Below are positions 46,409 to 56,159 of a stretch of 57,829 nt of DNA, piece after piece (the first letter of the stretch is position 1; every line of letters begins with the position of its first letter). The position numbers were made by a program, and so were the translations under genes. The stretch covers positions 1 through 57,829 of the forward strand of contig CAJQKN010000123.1 of NCBI GenBank assembly GCA_905478905.1, written 5' to 3'. The DNA comes from an uncultured Flavobacteriaceae bacterium (GTDB lineage Bacteria > Bacteroidota > Bacteroidia > Flavobacteriales > Flavobacteriaceae). The notes under the pieces were generated by a model. It was not told the origin of the DNA and made no database searches. It worked only from the letters and a program-made list of their open reading frames with translations.

Positions 46409-47127
46409 AAACGTTTAAATATTGATTTTAATCGAAGGTAAAATACACCATAAATGGCTTCCCAAATGATCGTTTTATCCATTTTTGAATTTCCTTTTTT
46501 ACGATTTGTAAATATAATGGGCAATTCTTTTAGGCTAAATCCGTTTTTCCATAACTTATACTTCATCTCAATCTGAAAGGCATATCCAACAAAAACAAGA
46601 TCATCTAAATTCAATGATTGAAGAGACGCACGACTGTATCCCACAAAACCAGCTGTTGTATCTTTGATGGGTAATCCTAAAATTATTCTTACATAGATAG
46701 AGGCAATCATTGATAGTGCTATTCTAAAAAGTGGCCAATTCACCACATTAACACCGTTTAAATACCTCGATCCTACAACAACATCTGTCCCATTTTTTAG
46801 TGTCGCTAGCATTTGGGGAAGCGCTTCTGCTGGATGAGACAAATCGGCATCCATTTCAAAAATAAAGCTGTATTCTCGTGCTAAGGCCCATCGAAAACCA
46901 TGGACGTAGGCCTTGCCTAATCCTTCCTTATTCTGGCGTACTTCAAGGTGAATTTGGTCAGGAAATTGTTTTATGAAACTACGCACACAATCAGCTGTTC
47001 CATCTGGGGAAGAATCATCGACAAAAAGCAAATGAACTTCTGGTAAAATTGAGAATATTTCAGCAATTAGCTCGGCAATATTTTCTTTTTCATCATAGGT
47101 AGGAATTATAATGAGCATTTGTTCCAT
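46405..47127 (-). CDS. Polyprenol monophosphomannose synthase (DPM1-like GT2)
   Basis: VDDSSPDGT, GLGKAY, EMDADLSH, GSRY, DTTAGF, GYAFQIE. Confidence 0.9.
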   Translation of the reverse strand: MEQMLIIIPTYDEKENIAELIAEIFSILPEVHLLFVDDSSPDGTADCVRSFIKQFPDQIHLEVRQNKEGLGKAYVHGFRWALAREYSFIFEMDADLSHPAEALPQMLATLKNGTDVVVGSRYLNGVNVVNWPLFRIALSMIASIYVRIILGLPIKDTTAGFVGYSRASLQSLNLDDLVFVGYAFQIEMKYKLWKNGFSLKELPIIFTNRKKGNSKMDKTIIWEAIYGVFYLRLKSIFKRL

Positions 47128-47209
47128 AGTGTGCGTAAAAGTAGTGAATAAAAGGCTAAAGACAAATTGAAATTCAATTAGGCTTAAATAAATTTGATAC
47201 CTTTACAGC

Positions 47210-47863
47210 ATGGAAGAATGGATCTTAATTCCACGTACAAACGACAATTGGATAACCTTTGTACTAGGGTTCAATTTCTTGGCATTTGTATTTATAAAAT
47301 GGCGATTTGAACACGTTTTTTTTTCTTTTTTTCGCCTTATTGACCGTTCGACTCATTTCAAAAATTATGGCGAAAAAGGATTGCTTAAACAAGGGTTTAT
47401 TCTGTCTCTGACCCTATTTATATTGTCAAACATATCGCTACTAACAACCCATATAATGGGGCATTTTCAACTAATCAAGATTAGTTTTTCCTCGTTTATA
47501 TTGATTTTTTCAAGCATCATTTTGATCATCGTTTTGCGGCATGTTTTACAGCTAATTTTAGCCTATCTCCTTGATATAGAAGAATTCCTTCATCAATTCC
47601 AATTTAGAAACATTACCTATGTTTTTCGTTTGTCAGTAGTGCTCTATATTGGACTTGTTCTTTATCAATATACTTTTCAATTTTCTACGCTTTTTTCTAA
47701 TGGATTTCTGATTTTAATGTTTATTGCCTACCTATTTACGCAGCTATTACTCGTTCGCGATTTCTTTAGCACCATCAATAGAGGTGGCTTGTATTTTATT
47801 TTGTATCTTTGCACTCTCAAATTAAGTCCTTGGATTCTTTTGATTCAAGGCTTGAAACAATAA
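47210..47863 (+). CDS. DUF4271 membrane protein
   Basis: Multi-TM; C-terminal YFILYLCTLKLSP; sits next to hemD. Confidence 0.78.
   Translation: MEEWILIPRTNDNWITFVLGFNFLAFVFIKWRFEHVFFSFFRLIDRSTHFKNYGEKGLLKQGFILSLTLFILSNISLLTTHIMGHFQLIKISFSSFILIFSSIILIIVLRHVLQLILAYLLDIEEFLHQFQFRNITYVFRLSVVLYIGLVLYQYTFQFSTLFSNGFLILMFIAYLFTQLLLVRDFFSTINRGGLYFILYLCTLKLSPWILLIQGLKQ
47804..47811 (+). promoter_or_regulatory. Internal -7 box TATCTTTG, probable hemD promoter
   Basis: Exact TAnnTTTG inside DUF4271 codons, 57 nt before ATG 47869. Confidence 0.5.
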
Positions 47864-47868
47864 CACAC

Positions 47869-48618
47869 ATGAGTACAAAAAAAGTGAAAACAATTTTAGT
47901 TTCTCAACCTGAACCTAATAGCGAAAACTCACCTTACACGCGCCTTAAAGAGAAGTACAACCTCACCATTGATTATCGACCATTCATTCATGTTGAAGGA
48001 GTTGAGGCCAAAGAAGTACGCATGCAAAAGATTGATTTCAAAGACTTTGATTCAATCATTCTTACCAGTAGAAACTCTGTAGACCATTTCTTTCGCTTAG
48101 CAGAAGAAATGCGCTTTAAAGTACCCGACACAACCAAATACTTTTGTGCTTCTGAAGCAGTTGCCTATTATCTTCAGAAATATGTGGTTTACCGCAAACG
48201 CAAAGTCTATGTGGGTGAAAAAAACTTAATTGACCTAGAAGCAACCTTTAAGAAATTTAAAGAGGATCGTTTTCTTCTTCCCTCTTCTGATATTTTAAAA
48301 CCCGATATTCCAAATTTCCTTGACAGATTAGAACTAAATTGGAAACGCGCCCAATTGTATAAAACCGTTGTTAGTGATCTTACAGATCTTCGCGATGTTT
48401 ACTATGATATTTTGGTTTTCTTTAGTCCTTCTGGAATTGAATCTTTATTCAAAAACTTTCCGGAATTCAAACAAAACAATACCCGAATTGCTGTCTACGG
48501 TAATACTACAATAGACGCTGCAGATAATGCTAAATTACGCATAGACATCAAAGCTCCGTCAAAGGAAACGCCTTCCATGACAATGGCGATAGAAAAATAC
48601 ATCAAGGAAATGGCTTAA
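47869..48618 (+). CDS. hemD: Uroporphyrinogen-III synthase (Bacteroidota HemD-like)
   Basis: ILVSQP, RPFIHVEG, ILTS, YLQKYVVYRKRK, FFSPSGI. Confidence 0.85.
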   Translation: MSTKKVKTILVSQPEPNSENSPYTRLKEKYNLTIDYRPFIHVEGVEAKEVRMQKIDFKDFDSIILTSRNSVDHFFRLAEEMRFKVPDTTKYFCASEAVAYYLQKYVVYRKRKVYVGEKNLIDLEATFKKFKEDRFLLPSSDILKPDIPNFLDRLELNWKRAQLYKTVVSDLTDLRDVYYDILVFFSPSGIESLFKNFPEFKQNNTRIAVYGNTTIDAADNAKLRIDIKAPSKETPSMTMAIEKYIKEMA

Positions 48619-49007
48619 GTCCAAAGGGCCTTAAATAGCTGGAAACTTAGATATCCCCAACCCACCAAAAGGAAAAGTCCTCCTATGGGTGTGATTGGCC
48701 CTAAAAAAGAAACTGGAAGGCCGTGAATTGTCTTGGTTGAAAGCAGCAATATACTTATTGAAAAAAGTGTTGTCCCCACCACGAAAGCAAGTGCTATCCA
48801 TTCTTTGGTATTCTCAGGAATAAAAGGAAATGCAGATAATACAAGTAATGCTAAACCATGGAACATCATATATCGTATTGCTATCATAAAACTATTGAGC
48901 GAATCTTGGCTTAATTTTTCTTCCAAAGCGTGACTTCCAAGCGCACCCAATAGCACACCAAAAAACATGAACAAAGCCCCTATAAAAGCTGCAAGTACTA
49001 ATTTCAT
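48615..49007 (-). CDS. DUF423 (YgdD/TMEM256) membrane protein
   Basis: LGALGSHAL, RYMMFH, LFSISI, GPITPIGG. Confidence 0.9.
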   Translation of the reverse strand: MKLVLAAFIGALFMFFGVLLGALGSHALEEKLSQDSLNSFMIAIRYMMFHGLALLVLSAFPFIPENTKEWIALAFVVGTTLFSISILLLSTKTIHGLPVSFLGPITPIGGLFLLVGWGYLSFQLFKALWT

Positions 49008-49106
49008 CTTAAAACTTTTGAACGAAGTTAGCTAAATATTAACAATAATCCCTGTTGGTAAAATCAATTTATTGCTTATTTTTGATAAATATTATTAATT
49101 TATTAA

Positions 49107-49574
49107 ATGAATAAGCAAGAAATAGTTAAGATTGATGGAATTGATAAAATCTTGTTGAATGGGCTAATGCAAAATGCCCGAATGTCGATCAATCAATTAT
49201 CCAAACAAGTTGGAATTTCTGGGGCAGCGGTGCATCAGCGCATAAAAAAATTAGAGAAGTCTGGTTTAATTCATGGCTCACAAATCACGATCAACCCAAA
49301 GCAATTAGGCTATACTACACTTGCATTTGTTGGAATTTATTTGGACAAAGCAATGAACAACCCTTCTGCCGTAACTCAATTAAAAAAAATAAATGAGGTG
49401 ATTGAATGCCACTACACAACAGGAGATTGGAGTGTGTTGGTGAAAATTCTTTGTAAGGACAATGAACACCTGATGAATTTACTCAACAATCACATTCAAA
49501 AAATTCCAGGAATTTCACGAACAGAAACATTTATTTCCCTCGATCAACAAATTAGTCGTCAAATCAAGCTTTAG
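49107..49574 (+). CDS. Lrp/AsnC family transcriptional regulator
   Basis: IDKILL...NAR...AVHQRIKKLEKSG, ECHYTTG; TATTTTTG at 49077-49084. Confidence 0.93.
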   Translation: MNKQEIVKIDGIDKILLNGLMQNARMSINQLSKQVGISGAAVHQRIKKLEKSGLIHGSQITINPKQLGYTTLAFVGIYLDKAMNNPSAVTQLKKINEVIECHYTTGDWSVLVKILCKDNEHLMNLLNNHIQKIPGISRTETFISLDQQISRQIKL

Positions 49575-50263
49575 TCACGGCTGTTTCCCATAACTCTTAA
49601 CAAGAAATAAAGTAGGGTCGCAAGCGACCCAATTGCAGCAACGACATAGGTTCTGGCTGCCCATTTCAAGGCATCTTCTGCACCAGCCAGCTCTTGTTGA
49701 CTAACCATGTTCTTTCGTTTCAACCAATGAATAGCTCGGTTACTGGCATCGTATTCGACTGGAAGTGTAATAAAACTGAACAATGTACCCATTCCAAAAA
49801 GGCCAACTCCAATCAAGGCGATTGTTTGTCCAAAGGCAGTACTTTGCCCCAAGATAAGGCCTCCAAAGATTACCCACATTGAAAAACTGGAAGCTACGTT
49901 AACTACTGGAACCAAGGTCGAACGCATAGTGAGCCACTCATAGCCAATATTGTGTTGTACAGCATGACCACATTCGTGGGCAGCCACAGCAGCAGCAGAG
50001 GCGTTGCGTTGGGAATAGACTCCCTCGCTTAGGTTGACTGTTTTAGTTCGTGGATTGTAGTGATCGGTTAACATTCCAGGAGTAGATACTACCTTGACAT
50101 CTCGAATGCCGTGGTCTGCCAACATTTGTTCAGCAATTTCTTTTCCAGACATGCCATTGCGCAGCATTACTTGTGAGTACTGTTTAAACTTTTTCTTTAA
50201 TCGACTACTTACCAATGAGCTTACAATTCCAAAAACAATGATTATTAAGTAATATCCTCCCAT
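49571..50263 (-). CDS. Membrane zinc metallopeptidase (YugP-like)
   Basis: LTDHYNP, AAHECGHAVQH, TLPVEYDAS. Confidence 0.92.
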   Translation of the reverse strand: MGGYYLIIIVFGIVSSLVSSRLKKKFKQYSQVMLRNGMSGKEIAEQMLADHGIRDVKVVSTPGMLTDHYNPRTKTVNLSEGVYSQRNASAAAVAAHECGHAVQHNIGYEWLTMRSTLVPVVNVASSFSMWVIFGGLILGQSTAFGQTIALIGVGLFGMGTLFSFITLPVEYDASNRAIHWLKRKNMVSQQELAGAEDALKWAARTYVVAAIGSLATLLYFLLRVMGNSRD

Positions 50264-50275
50264 AACGAATTCATT

Positions 50276-50527
50276 TTATTTATACTTTATTTTAAAGTAA
50301 ATAACCAATATCAAAAGTAATGCCGTAACAATATTTGCAACAATAATGGGTGGACTTTTTATGATTAAACCATAGACCCCCCATAAACAGACTCCGCTTA
50401 ACATGACTAAATACATTGTCATAGAGACATCTTTAGCAGATTTTAGCTTCCATATTTTATAGACTTGTGGCAAAAAGGCAGCAGTGGTCAAAATGGCAGC
50501 AATAAATCCAATTGCATCTATATACAT
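50276..50527 (-). CDS. SemiSWEET (PQ-loop) transporter
   Basis: 83 aa, three TMs, TTAAFLPQ, DVS, LWGVYG, AN. Confidence 0.9.
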   Translation of the reverse strand: MYIDAIGFIAAILTTAAFLPQVYKIWKLKSAKDVSMTMYLVMLSGVCLWGVYGLIIKSPPIIVANIVTALLLILVIYFKIKYK

Positions 50528-53343
50528 TAGCCTACAATATTGATTATTTTCCCAGGAACAACAATCACCTTTTTTGGAGTCCTTCCTTGTAACTGCTCAA
50601 GGGTTTGCTCATCTTGCAAGATGATGTCTTCAATTTCTTTTGGTGAAAGATCCAAAGATAATTCTCTGGTAAAACGCATCTTTCCATTAAAAGAGATCGG
50701 ATAATTTTTGGTGCTTTCTACCAAGAATTTTTCGTCAAAAACAGGAAAATCAACTAAACTAATCGATCCTTTATGTCCGAGTAAAGACCATAATTCTTCT
50801 GCGATATGAGGCGCAAAAGGGGACAACAAAATAGTCAAAGGCTCAAGTATTGCCCGTTGATTACATTTTTGTGCCGACAGTTCATTGACACAAATCATGA
50901 AAGCACTTATACAAGTATTGAATGAAAAGTTCTCGATGTCTTCAGTTATCTTTTTAATTGTTTGGTGCAATGTCTTTAAAGACTCTGCAGAGGGAGCCTG
51001 GTTACTTACCACAAGCGCATCGGCAGGAAAGAATAATTTCCATGTCTTTTTTAGGAATGAATAGACCCCAGACATCCCAGCGGTATTCCATGGTTTTGCC
51101 TGTTCAATGGGGCCTAAAAACATTTCGTACATCCGCAATGTATCTGCTCCAAAATCTTCACAAATTTGATCTGGATTAACAACGTTATACTTGGACTTGG
51201 ACATTTTCTCTACCTCTCTTCCAACAATATACACCCCATCCTCTAGCACAAAGCTGGCATTACTAAATTGCGACTGCCATTTTTTCAGGGCTTCACAATC
51301 AAGTTCATTTGACGCATTTACCAAAGAAACATCTACGCGAATTGGTTCGACCTCCAGCCCTTCGATCAAACCTTTGGAGAGGTACTCTTGAGTTCCTTTT
51401 CTTCGGTATACAAAAGCAGAGGAGCCTAATATCATTCCTTGATTAATTAGCTTTTTTGCGTATTCTTCTACAGGTAAATGCCCACGATCATATAAGAATT
51501 TTTGCCAAAAACGGGAATACAATAGGTGACCCGTTGCATGTTCGCTTCCTCCTAAATATAAATCGACATCCTGCCAATAGGCAGCCGCTTCTTTGGAAAC
51601 AAAATCTGTTGAATTACTTGCGTCCATATAACGATAAAAGTACCATGAACTCCCTGCCCAGCCTGGCATGGTGTTCATTTCAAGTGGAAAGATTGTTTTA
51701 TGGTCAATGAAAGAATTAGAGACTACTTTTTCGTTTTCAGTATCCCAGGCCCAATCGATTGCATTTCCTAATGGGGGTGCACCGTCTGCAGTGGGTAAAT
51801 AGTTTTTTACCTTGGGTAATTTCAACGGAAGGTGCTTTTCTTCTAGGGGCACTGGAAGGCCATTTTTATAGTACATTGGAATGGGTTCACCCCAATAGCG
51901 TTGACGACTAAAAATCGCATCTCTTAGGCGATAATTTATCGTCCCCTCTCCTGTTTTGGTTTTTTCTAAATGGGTGATTACAGCTGACATGGCTTCGGTA
52001 TACTCTAATCCATCTAAAAAATCGGAGTCCTGTAATTTCACTCCTGCATTTTTGTCGCTATATGCCTCCTCAGAAATATCGATGTCAGCAAATATATTTT
52101 TTATGGGAATATTAAAGTGCTTGGCAAAGGCATAGTCACGTTGGTCACCACAAGGTACAGCCATTACAGCACCTGTTCCATAGCCTGCCAAAACATAATC
52201 TCCAATCCAAATTGGAACAGGTTCTTGTGTTAGCGGATGGGTGGCATACGCCCCCGTAAACACTCCACTAATCGTTTTGACTTCGGCCATACGGTCACGC
52301 TCTGTTCGCTGATTAGTTCGCTCAATGTAGGCATCAACTGCCTGCTTTTGAGCTGGAGTTGTAATTTCTTGAACCAAGTCCAATTCTGGCGCAAGCGTCA
52401 TAAAAGTAACACCAAAAAGGGTATCAGGTCGCGTGGTGAAAACTTCTAGAGAAACTGAGTGATTTTCTACCGGAAAACGCACAAGTGCTCCAACCGATTT
52501 TCCAATCCAATTGCGTTGCATTTCTTTAAGGGACTCTGGCCAATCGATTGTCTCCAATCCTTGAAGCAGGCGTTCGGCATAGGCTCCAATGCGCATACTC
52601 CATTGTTTCATTTTCTTTTTAGTTACAGGAAATCCGCCACGCTCAGAAACCCCGTTAATGATTTCATCATTTGCCAATACAGTACCTAACTCTGCACACC
52701 AGTTCACTTCTGTTTCAGAAATATAGGTTAAACGGTAGTCCAACAATACCGCTTGTTGCTGCTCTTCTGAAAAGGAATTCCATTCTTGGGCAGAAAATTC
52801 CGGCGTATTAGGTGCGCATTCCGCTTGAATTGTTGAATTTCCTTCTTTCTCAAAAACGGCTATAAGATCAGTTATCTGTTTTGCCTTGTCCTCTTTTTTA
52901 TCGTAATACGAATGAAATAGTTGTAGAAAAATCCATTGTGTCCATCGATAAAATTTTGGGTCAGAGGTGCGTACTTCTCTACTCCAATCAAACGAAAAAC
53001 CCAATCGGTCAAGCTGCTCTCTATAACGAGCAATATTTGTTTTGGTGGTAAGCTCTGGGTGCTGACCAGTTTGGATAGCATATTGTTCTGCTGGTAAACC
53101 AAAAGAATCATACCCTTGTGGATGTAAAACATTAAAACCAGTATGGCGCTTGTAACGCGCATAAATATCACTTGCAATGTACCCTAGCGGATGTCCAACA
53201 TGCAAACCTGCCCCTGAGGGGTAGGGAAACATGTCTAGAATGTAATACTTTGGTTTATTGGACGAATTGGACGCCTGAAAGGTTTTGTTTTCGGCCCAAT
53301 ACTTCTGCCATTTTTGTTCTATTTCTTGGAAATTATAGCCCAC
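50527..53343 (-). CDS. leuS: Leucine--tRNA ligase
   Basis: MFPYPSGAGLHVGH, FTTRPDT, KMSKS; GTG start; TACTTTTG at 53366-53373. Confidence 0.98.
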   Translation of the reverse strand: MGYNFQEIEQKWQKYWAENKTFQASNSSNKPKYYILDMFPYPSGAGLHVGHPLGYIASDIYARYKRHTGFNVLHPQGYDSFGLPAEQYAIQTGQHPELTTKTNIARYREQLDRLGFSFDWSREVRTSDPKFYRWTQWIFLQLFHSYYDKKEDKAKQITDLIAVFEKEGNSTIQAECAPNTPEFSAQEWNSFSEEQQQAVLLDYRLTYISETEVNWCAELGTVLANDEIINGVSERGGFPVTKKKMKQWSMRIGAYAERLLQGLETIDWPESLKEMQRNWIGKSVGALVRFPVENHSVSLEVFTTRPDTLFGVTFMTLAPELDLVQEITTPAQKQAVDAYIERTNQRTERDRMAEVKTISGVFTGAYATHPLTQEPVPIWIGDYVLAGYGTGAVMAVPCGDQRDYAFAKHFNIPIKNIFADIDISEEAYSDKNAGVKLQDSDFLDGLEYTEAMSAVITHLEKTKTGEGTINYRLRDAIFSRQRYWGEPIPMYYKNGLPVPLEEKHLPLKLPKVKNYLPTADGAPPLGNAIDWAWDTENEKVVSNSFIDHKTIFPLEMNTMPGWAGSSWYFYRYMDASNSTDFVSKEAAAYWQDVDLYLGGSEHATGHLLYSRFWQKFLYDRGHLPVEEYAKKLINQGMILGSSAFVYRRKGTQEYLSKGLIEGLEVEPIRVDVSLVNASNELDCEALKKWQSQFSNASFVLEDGVYIVGREVEKMSKSKYNVVNPDQICEDFGADTLRMYEMFLGPIEQAKPWNTAGMSGVYSFLKKTWKLFFPADALVVSNQAPSAESLKTLHQTIKKITEDIENFSFNTCISAFMICVNELSAQKCNQRAILEPLTILLSPFAPHIAEELWSLLGHKGSISLVDFPVFDEKFLVESTKNYPISFNGKMRFTRELSLDLSPKEIEDIILQDEQTLEQLQGRTPKKVIVVPGKIINIVG

Positions 53344-53468
53344 GAGAATTTATTTTATAACCCTACAAAAGTAGCGCTAATGGTGGAAAGGAAAAAGTTT
53401 ATCCAAGGCAAGAATACAATTTGCCCTGTGTTTTGTAATTTTACTGTCAAAGCGCATAATAATATTCC

Positions 53469-54341
53469 ATGAAATCCAGAGATTCATTTCAAAAAAGACG
53501 TCTAATTTCTTCCTATTTTTCGGTGGTCATTAGCATCAGTCTTGTGCTCTTCATGGTTGGCGTACTGGGTATGTTACTCCTTAATTCAAAAAAAGTAGCC
53601 GATCATTTCAAAGAGCAAATAGCCTTTACAATTTACATCAATGATAGTGCTAAACCGATTGAAGTTAAACAACTTCAAAAAAGTTTAACACTACGAAAGG
53701 AAACAAAAACTGCACGCTTTGTCTCCAAAGAAGAAGCTGCTGAGAGTCATGCCAACGATATTGGAGAAGATTTTATGGAGTTTTTGGGTTATAACCCATT
53801 GTTGAGCTCCATAGATGTTTACTTTCTTTCTGAATTTGTTTCTCCCGCTTTTTTGGCTGAACTCAAAGAAAATTTTGAAACAAAGTCCTATGTTAGTGAA
53901 GTAATTTATGATCAACCTCTTTTAGAAATTTTAGATGAGAACATAAAAAAAATCACCCAAGGGATTATCGCCTTGAGTGCCGTCTTTATTCTAATTGCTG
54001 TCCTACTTATAAACAGTTCCATACGTCTCTCGGTTTACTCGAAGCGACTCATCATTAAAACAATGCAATTGGTGGGAGCTACCAAACGTTTTATTCGTCG
54101 TCCATTCATTTGGAAACATTTACAACTTGGTTTATTGGGGGCTACACTAGCTTCTGCTGGCTTAGGCTATTTGTTATACGAATTAAATCTTCGTTTTCCA
54201 GAACTCGCCCTCTTAAGCAATCCAACAGAACCTGCACTTGTTTTTGGGTTTGTCCTATTTATGGGGATTTTCATCACTGGAGCATGTACGTTTTTTGCCA
54301 CCCAGCGTTTTTTAAACTTAACCACAGATGCCGTAAATTAA
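53469..54341 (+). CDS. ftsX: Cell division permease FtsX
   Basis: SISLVLF, GYNPL, INSSIRLSVYSKR, MQLVGATKRFIRRPF. Confidence 0.92.
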   Translation: MKSRDSFQKRRLISSYFSVVISISLVLFMVGVLGMLLLNSKKVADHFKEQIAFTIYINDSAKPIEVKQLQKSLTLRKETKTARFVSKEEAAESHANDIGEDFMEFLGYNPLLSSIDVYFLSEFVSPAFLAELKENFETKSYVSEVIYDQPLLEILDENIKKITQGIIALSAVFILIAVLLINSSIRLSVYSKRLIIKTMQLVGATKRFIRRPFIWKHLQLGLLGATLASAGLGYLLYELNLRFPELALLSNPTEPALVFGFVLFMGIFITGACTFFATQRFLNLTTDAVN

Positions 54342-54347
54342 TCTAAC

Positions 54348-54593
54348 ATGAAAAAAAATCCTTCCAATCAAAAGCAATTTTTGTTTCAACCCGGAAATTA
54401 TCGCATGCTTTTAATCGCCATTTGTTTAATCGCCCTTGGATTCATCTTAATGGTAGGAGGAGGAAGCGACGACCCTACTGTTTTCAATCCTGAAATTTTT
54501 AACTTCAGAAGGATACGTCTTGCGCCTACATTGGTTTTAATCGGTTTTGGATTAGCCGCCTATTCCATTCTGATCAATGGAAATAAAAAATGA
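54348..54593 (+). CDS. DUF3098 membrane protein
   Basis: GFILMVGGGSDDP...FNFRRIRLAP. Confidence 0.88.
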   Translation: MKKNPSNQKQFLFQPGNYRMLLIAICLIALGFILMVGGGSDDPTVFNPEIFNFRRIRLAPTLVLIGFGLAAYSILINGNKK

Positions 54594-55381
54594 ATGAATT
54601 AATCGCCTTGCTTTTAGGGATTATTCAGGGACTTACTGAGTTTTTACCCGTTTCTTCTAGTGGACATTTAGAACTTGCCAAAGCGTTGACCTCCGCAGAA
54701 AATATCTCAGAAAAAAGTCTATTGTTTACCATTGTTTTGCATGCTGCGACAGCCTTGAGTACGCTTGTTGTCTTTCGGAAAGATATTGGAGATATTTTGA
54801 AAGATCTCCTAAGCTTCAAACCCAACCAATCGTTTTACTTTTCACTGTACATTGTTATATCGATGATTCCCGCCGCCTTGGTTGGCTTGTTTTTAGAAGA
54901 TCTAATTAACTCTTTATTCAATCAAAATATATTACTTGTTGGTGCAATGCTAATATTGACAGGTGGACTTTTATTTTTAGCCGACCGAGCCAAAGCCAGT
55001 GCCAAAAGCATCACTGCCTCTTCGGCCACAATTATTGGACTGCTTCAAGCGGTTGCCATATTACCCGGAATATCACGAAGTGGAGCAACCATTGCTACAG
55101 CTGTTTTGTTAGGGATTGACAAGGAAAAAGCAGCTCGATTCTCTTTCTTAATGGTTATACCCCTCATTTTTGGGAGTATGGCAAAAAGCATATTAGATGC
55201 CGATAACTTGATTATAAACGACTCCCTCTCTCCCTTACTTATCGGTTTTGTTACTGCATTTATAACTGGGATTATTGCCTGTAAATGGATGATTGCTATT
55301 GTTAAAAAAGCACAACTCTCCTACTTTAGCTATTACTGTTTTATCGTTGGATTAACTGCCATTGTTATAAGTTTACTATGA
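54590..55381 (+). CDS. uppP: Undecaprenyl-diphosphate phosphatase
   Basis: QGLTEFLPVSSSGH, PGISRSG. Confidence 0.95.
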   Translation: MNELIALLLGIIQGLTEFLPVSSSGHLELAKALTSAENISEKSLLFTIVLHAATALSTLVVFRKDIGDILKDLLSFKPNQSFYFSLYIVISMIPAALVGLFLEDLINSLFNQNILLVGAMLILTGGLLFLADRAKASAKSITASSATIIGLLQAVAILPGISRSGATIATAVLLGIDKEKAARFSFLMVIPLIFGSMAKSILDADNLIINDSLSPLLIGFVTAFITGIIACKWMIAIVKKAQLSYFSYYCFIVGLTAIVISLL

Positions 55382-56106
55382 TCTATACCAAAGAAGCTTT
55401 TTTAACTGGACAAGTTATCCTGATCAACAAACCCTTGCACTGGACCTCCTTTCAAGTGGTCAATAAGGTGCGTTGGTTGATTCGACAAAAATTGAATATA
55501 AAGAAAATAAAAGTAGGTCATGCAGGCACCTTAGACCCTTTGGCTACTGGACTATTGATTCTTTGCTCTGGGAAAATGACCAAAGAAATTGATCGTTTTC
55601 AAGGACAAGAAAAAGAATATAGCGGTCGTTTCTTGTTGGGCGCAACTACTCCTTCATTCGATCTAGAAACAGAAATTGATCAGGAATTTTCAACCAATCA
55701 TATCACCAAAGAGATGATTGAAAACACTAGAAAAAAGTTTGTGGGAAGCATTCAGCAAAAACCACCTATTTTTTCTGCACTAAAAAAAGACGGAAAACGC
55801 TTATATACCTTTGCGCGAGAGGGAGAAAGCGTTGACGTTCCTAGCCGAGAGGTTTCTATCACCAACCTCACTTTAGATCCTTCGGGCTTCCCCTTGATTG
55901 GTTTTGTCACCAGCTGCAGCAAAGGAACCTACATTCGCTCCCTGGCCCACGATTTTGGGAAAGCCCTCAAAAGCGGAGCACATTTAACGGATCTATGTCG
56001 GGAACGTATTGGAGAGTTTCGCTTAGATCAAGCCATCTCAATTGACGAATTTGAAGAACAATTGAGGGCTGCAAAAGAAGAAATTCCTTCCAAAACAGAT
56101 TCTTAA
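55378..56106 (+). CDS. truB: tRNA pseudouridine(55) synthase
   Basis: KVGHAGTLDPLATG, SKGTYIRSL. Confidence 0.96.
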   Translation: MIYTKEAFLTGQVILINKPLHWTSFQVVNKVRWLIRQKLNIKKIKVGHAGTLDPLATGLLILCSGKMTKEIDRFQGQEKEYSGRFLLGATTPSFDLETEIDQEFSTNHITKEMIENTRKKFVGSIQQKPPIFSALKKDGKRLYTFAREGESVDVPSREVSITNLTLDPSGFPLIGFVTSCSKGTYIRSLAHDFGKALKSGAHLTDLCRERIGEFRLDQAISIDEFEEQLRAAKEEIPSKTDS

Positions 56107-56135
56107 ATCATCAATAATCATCTCTCATTATTCCT

Positions 56136-56143
56136 TATATTTG
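56136..56143 (+). promoter_or_regulatory. -7 box TATATTTG for pyrH-frr
   Basis: Exact TAnnTTTG, 16 nt before ATG 56160. Confidence 0.65.
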
Positions 56144-56159
56144 TGAGAACAGAACAATT

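Noticed and set aside
53469-54341. ftsX without an adjacent ftsE
   Set aside because: The ftsX-DUF3098-uppP-truB arrangement is usual in Bacteroidota
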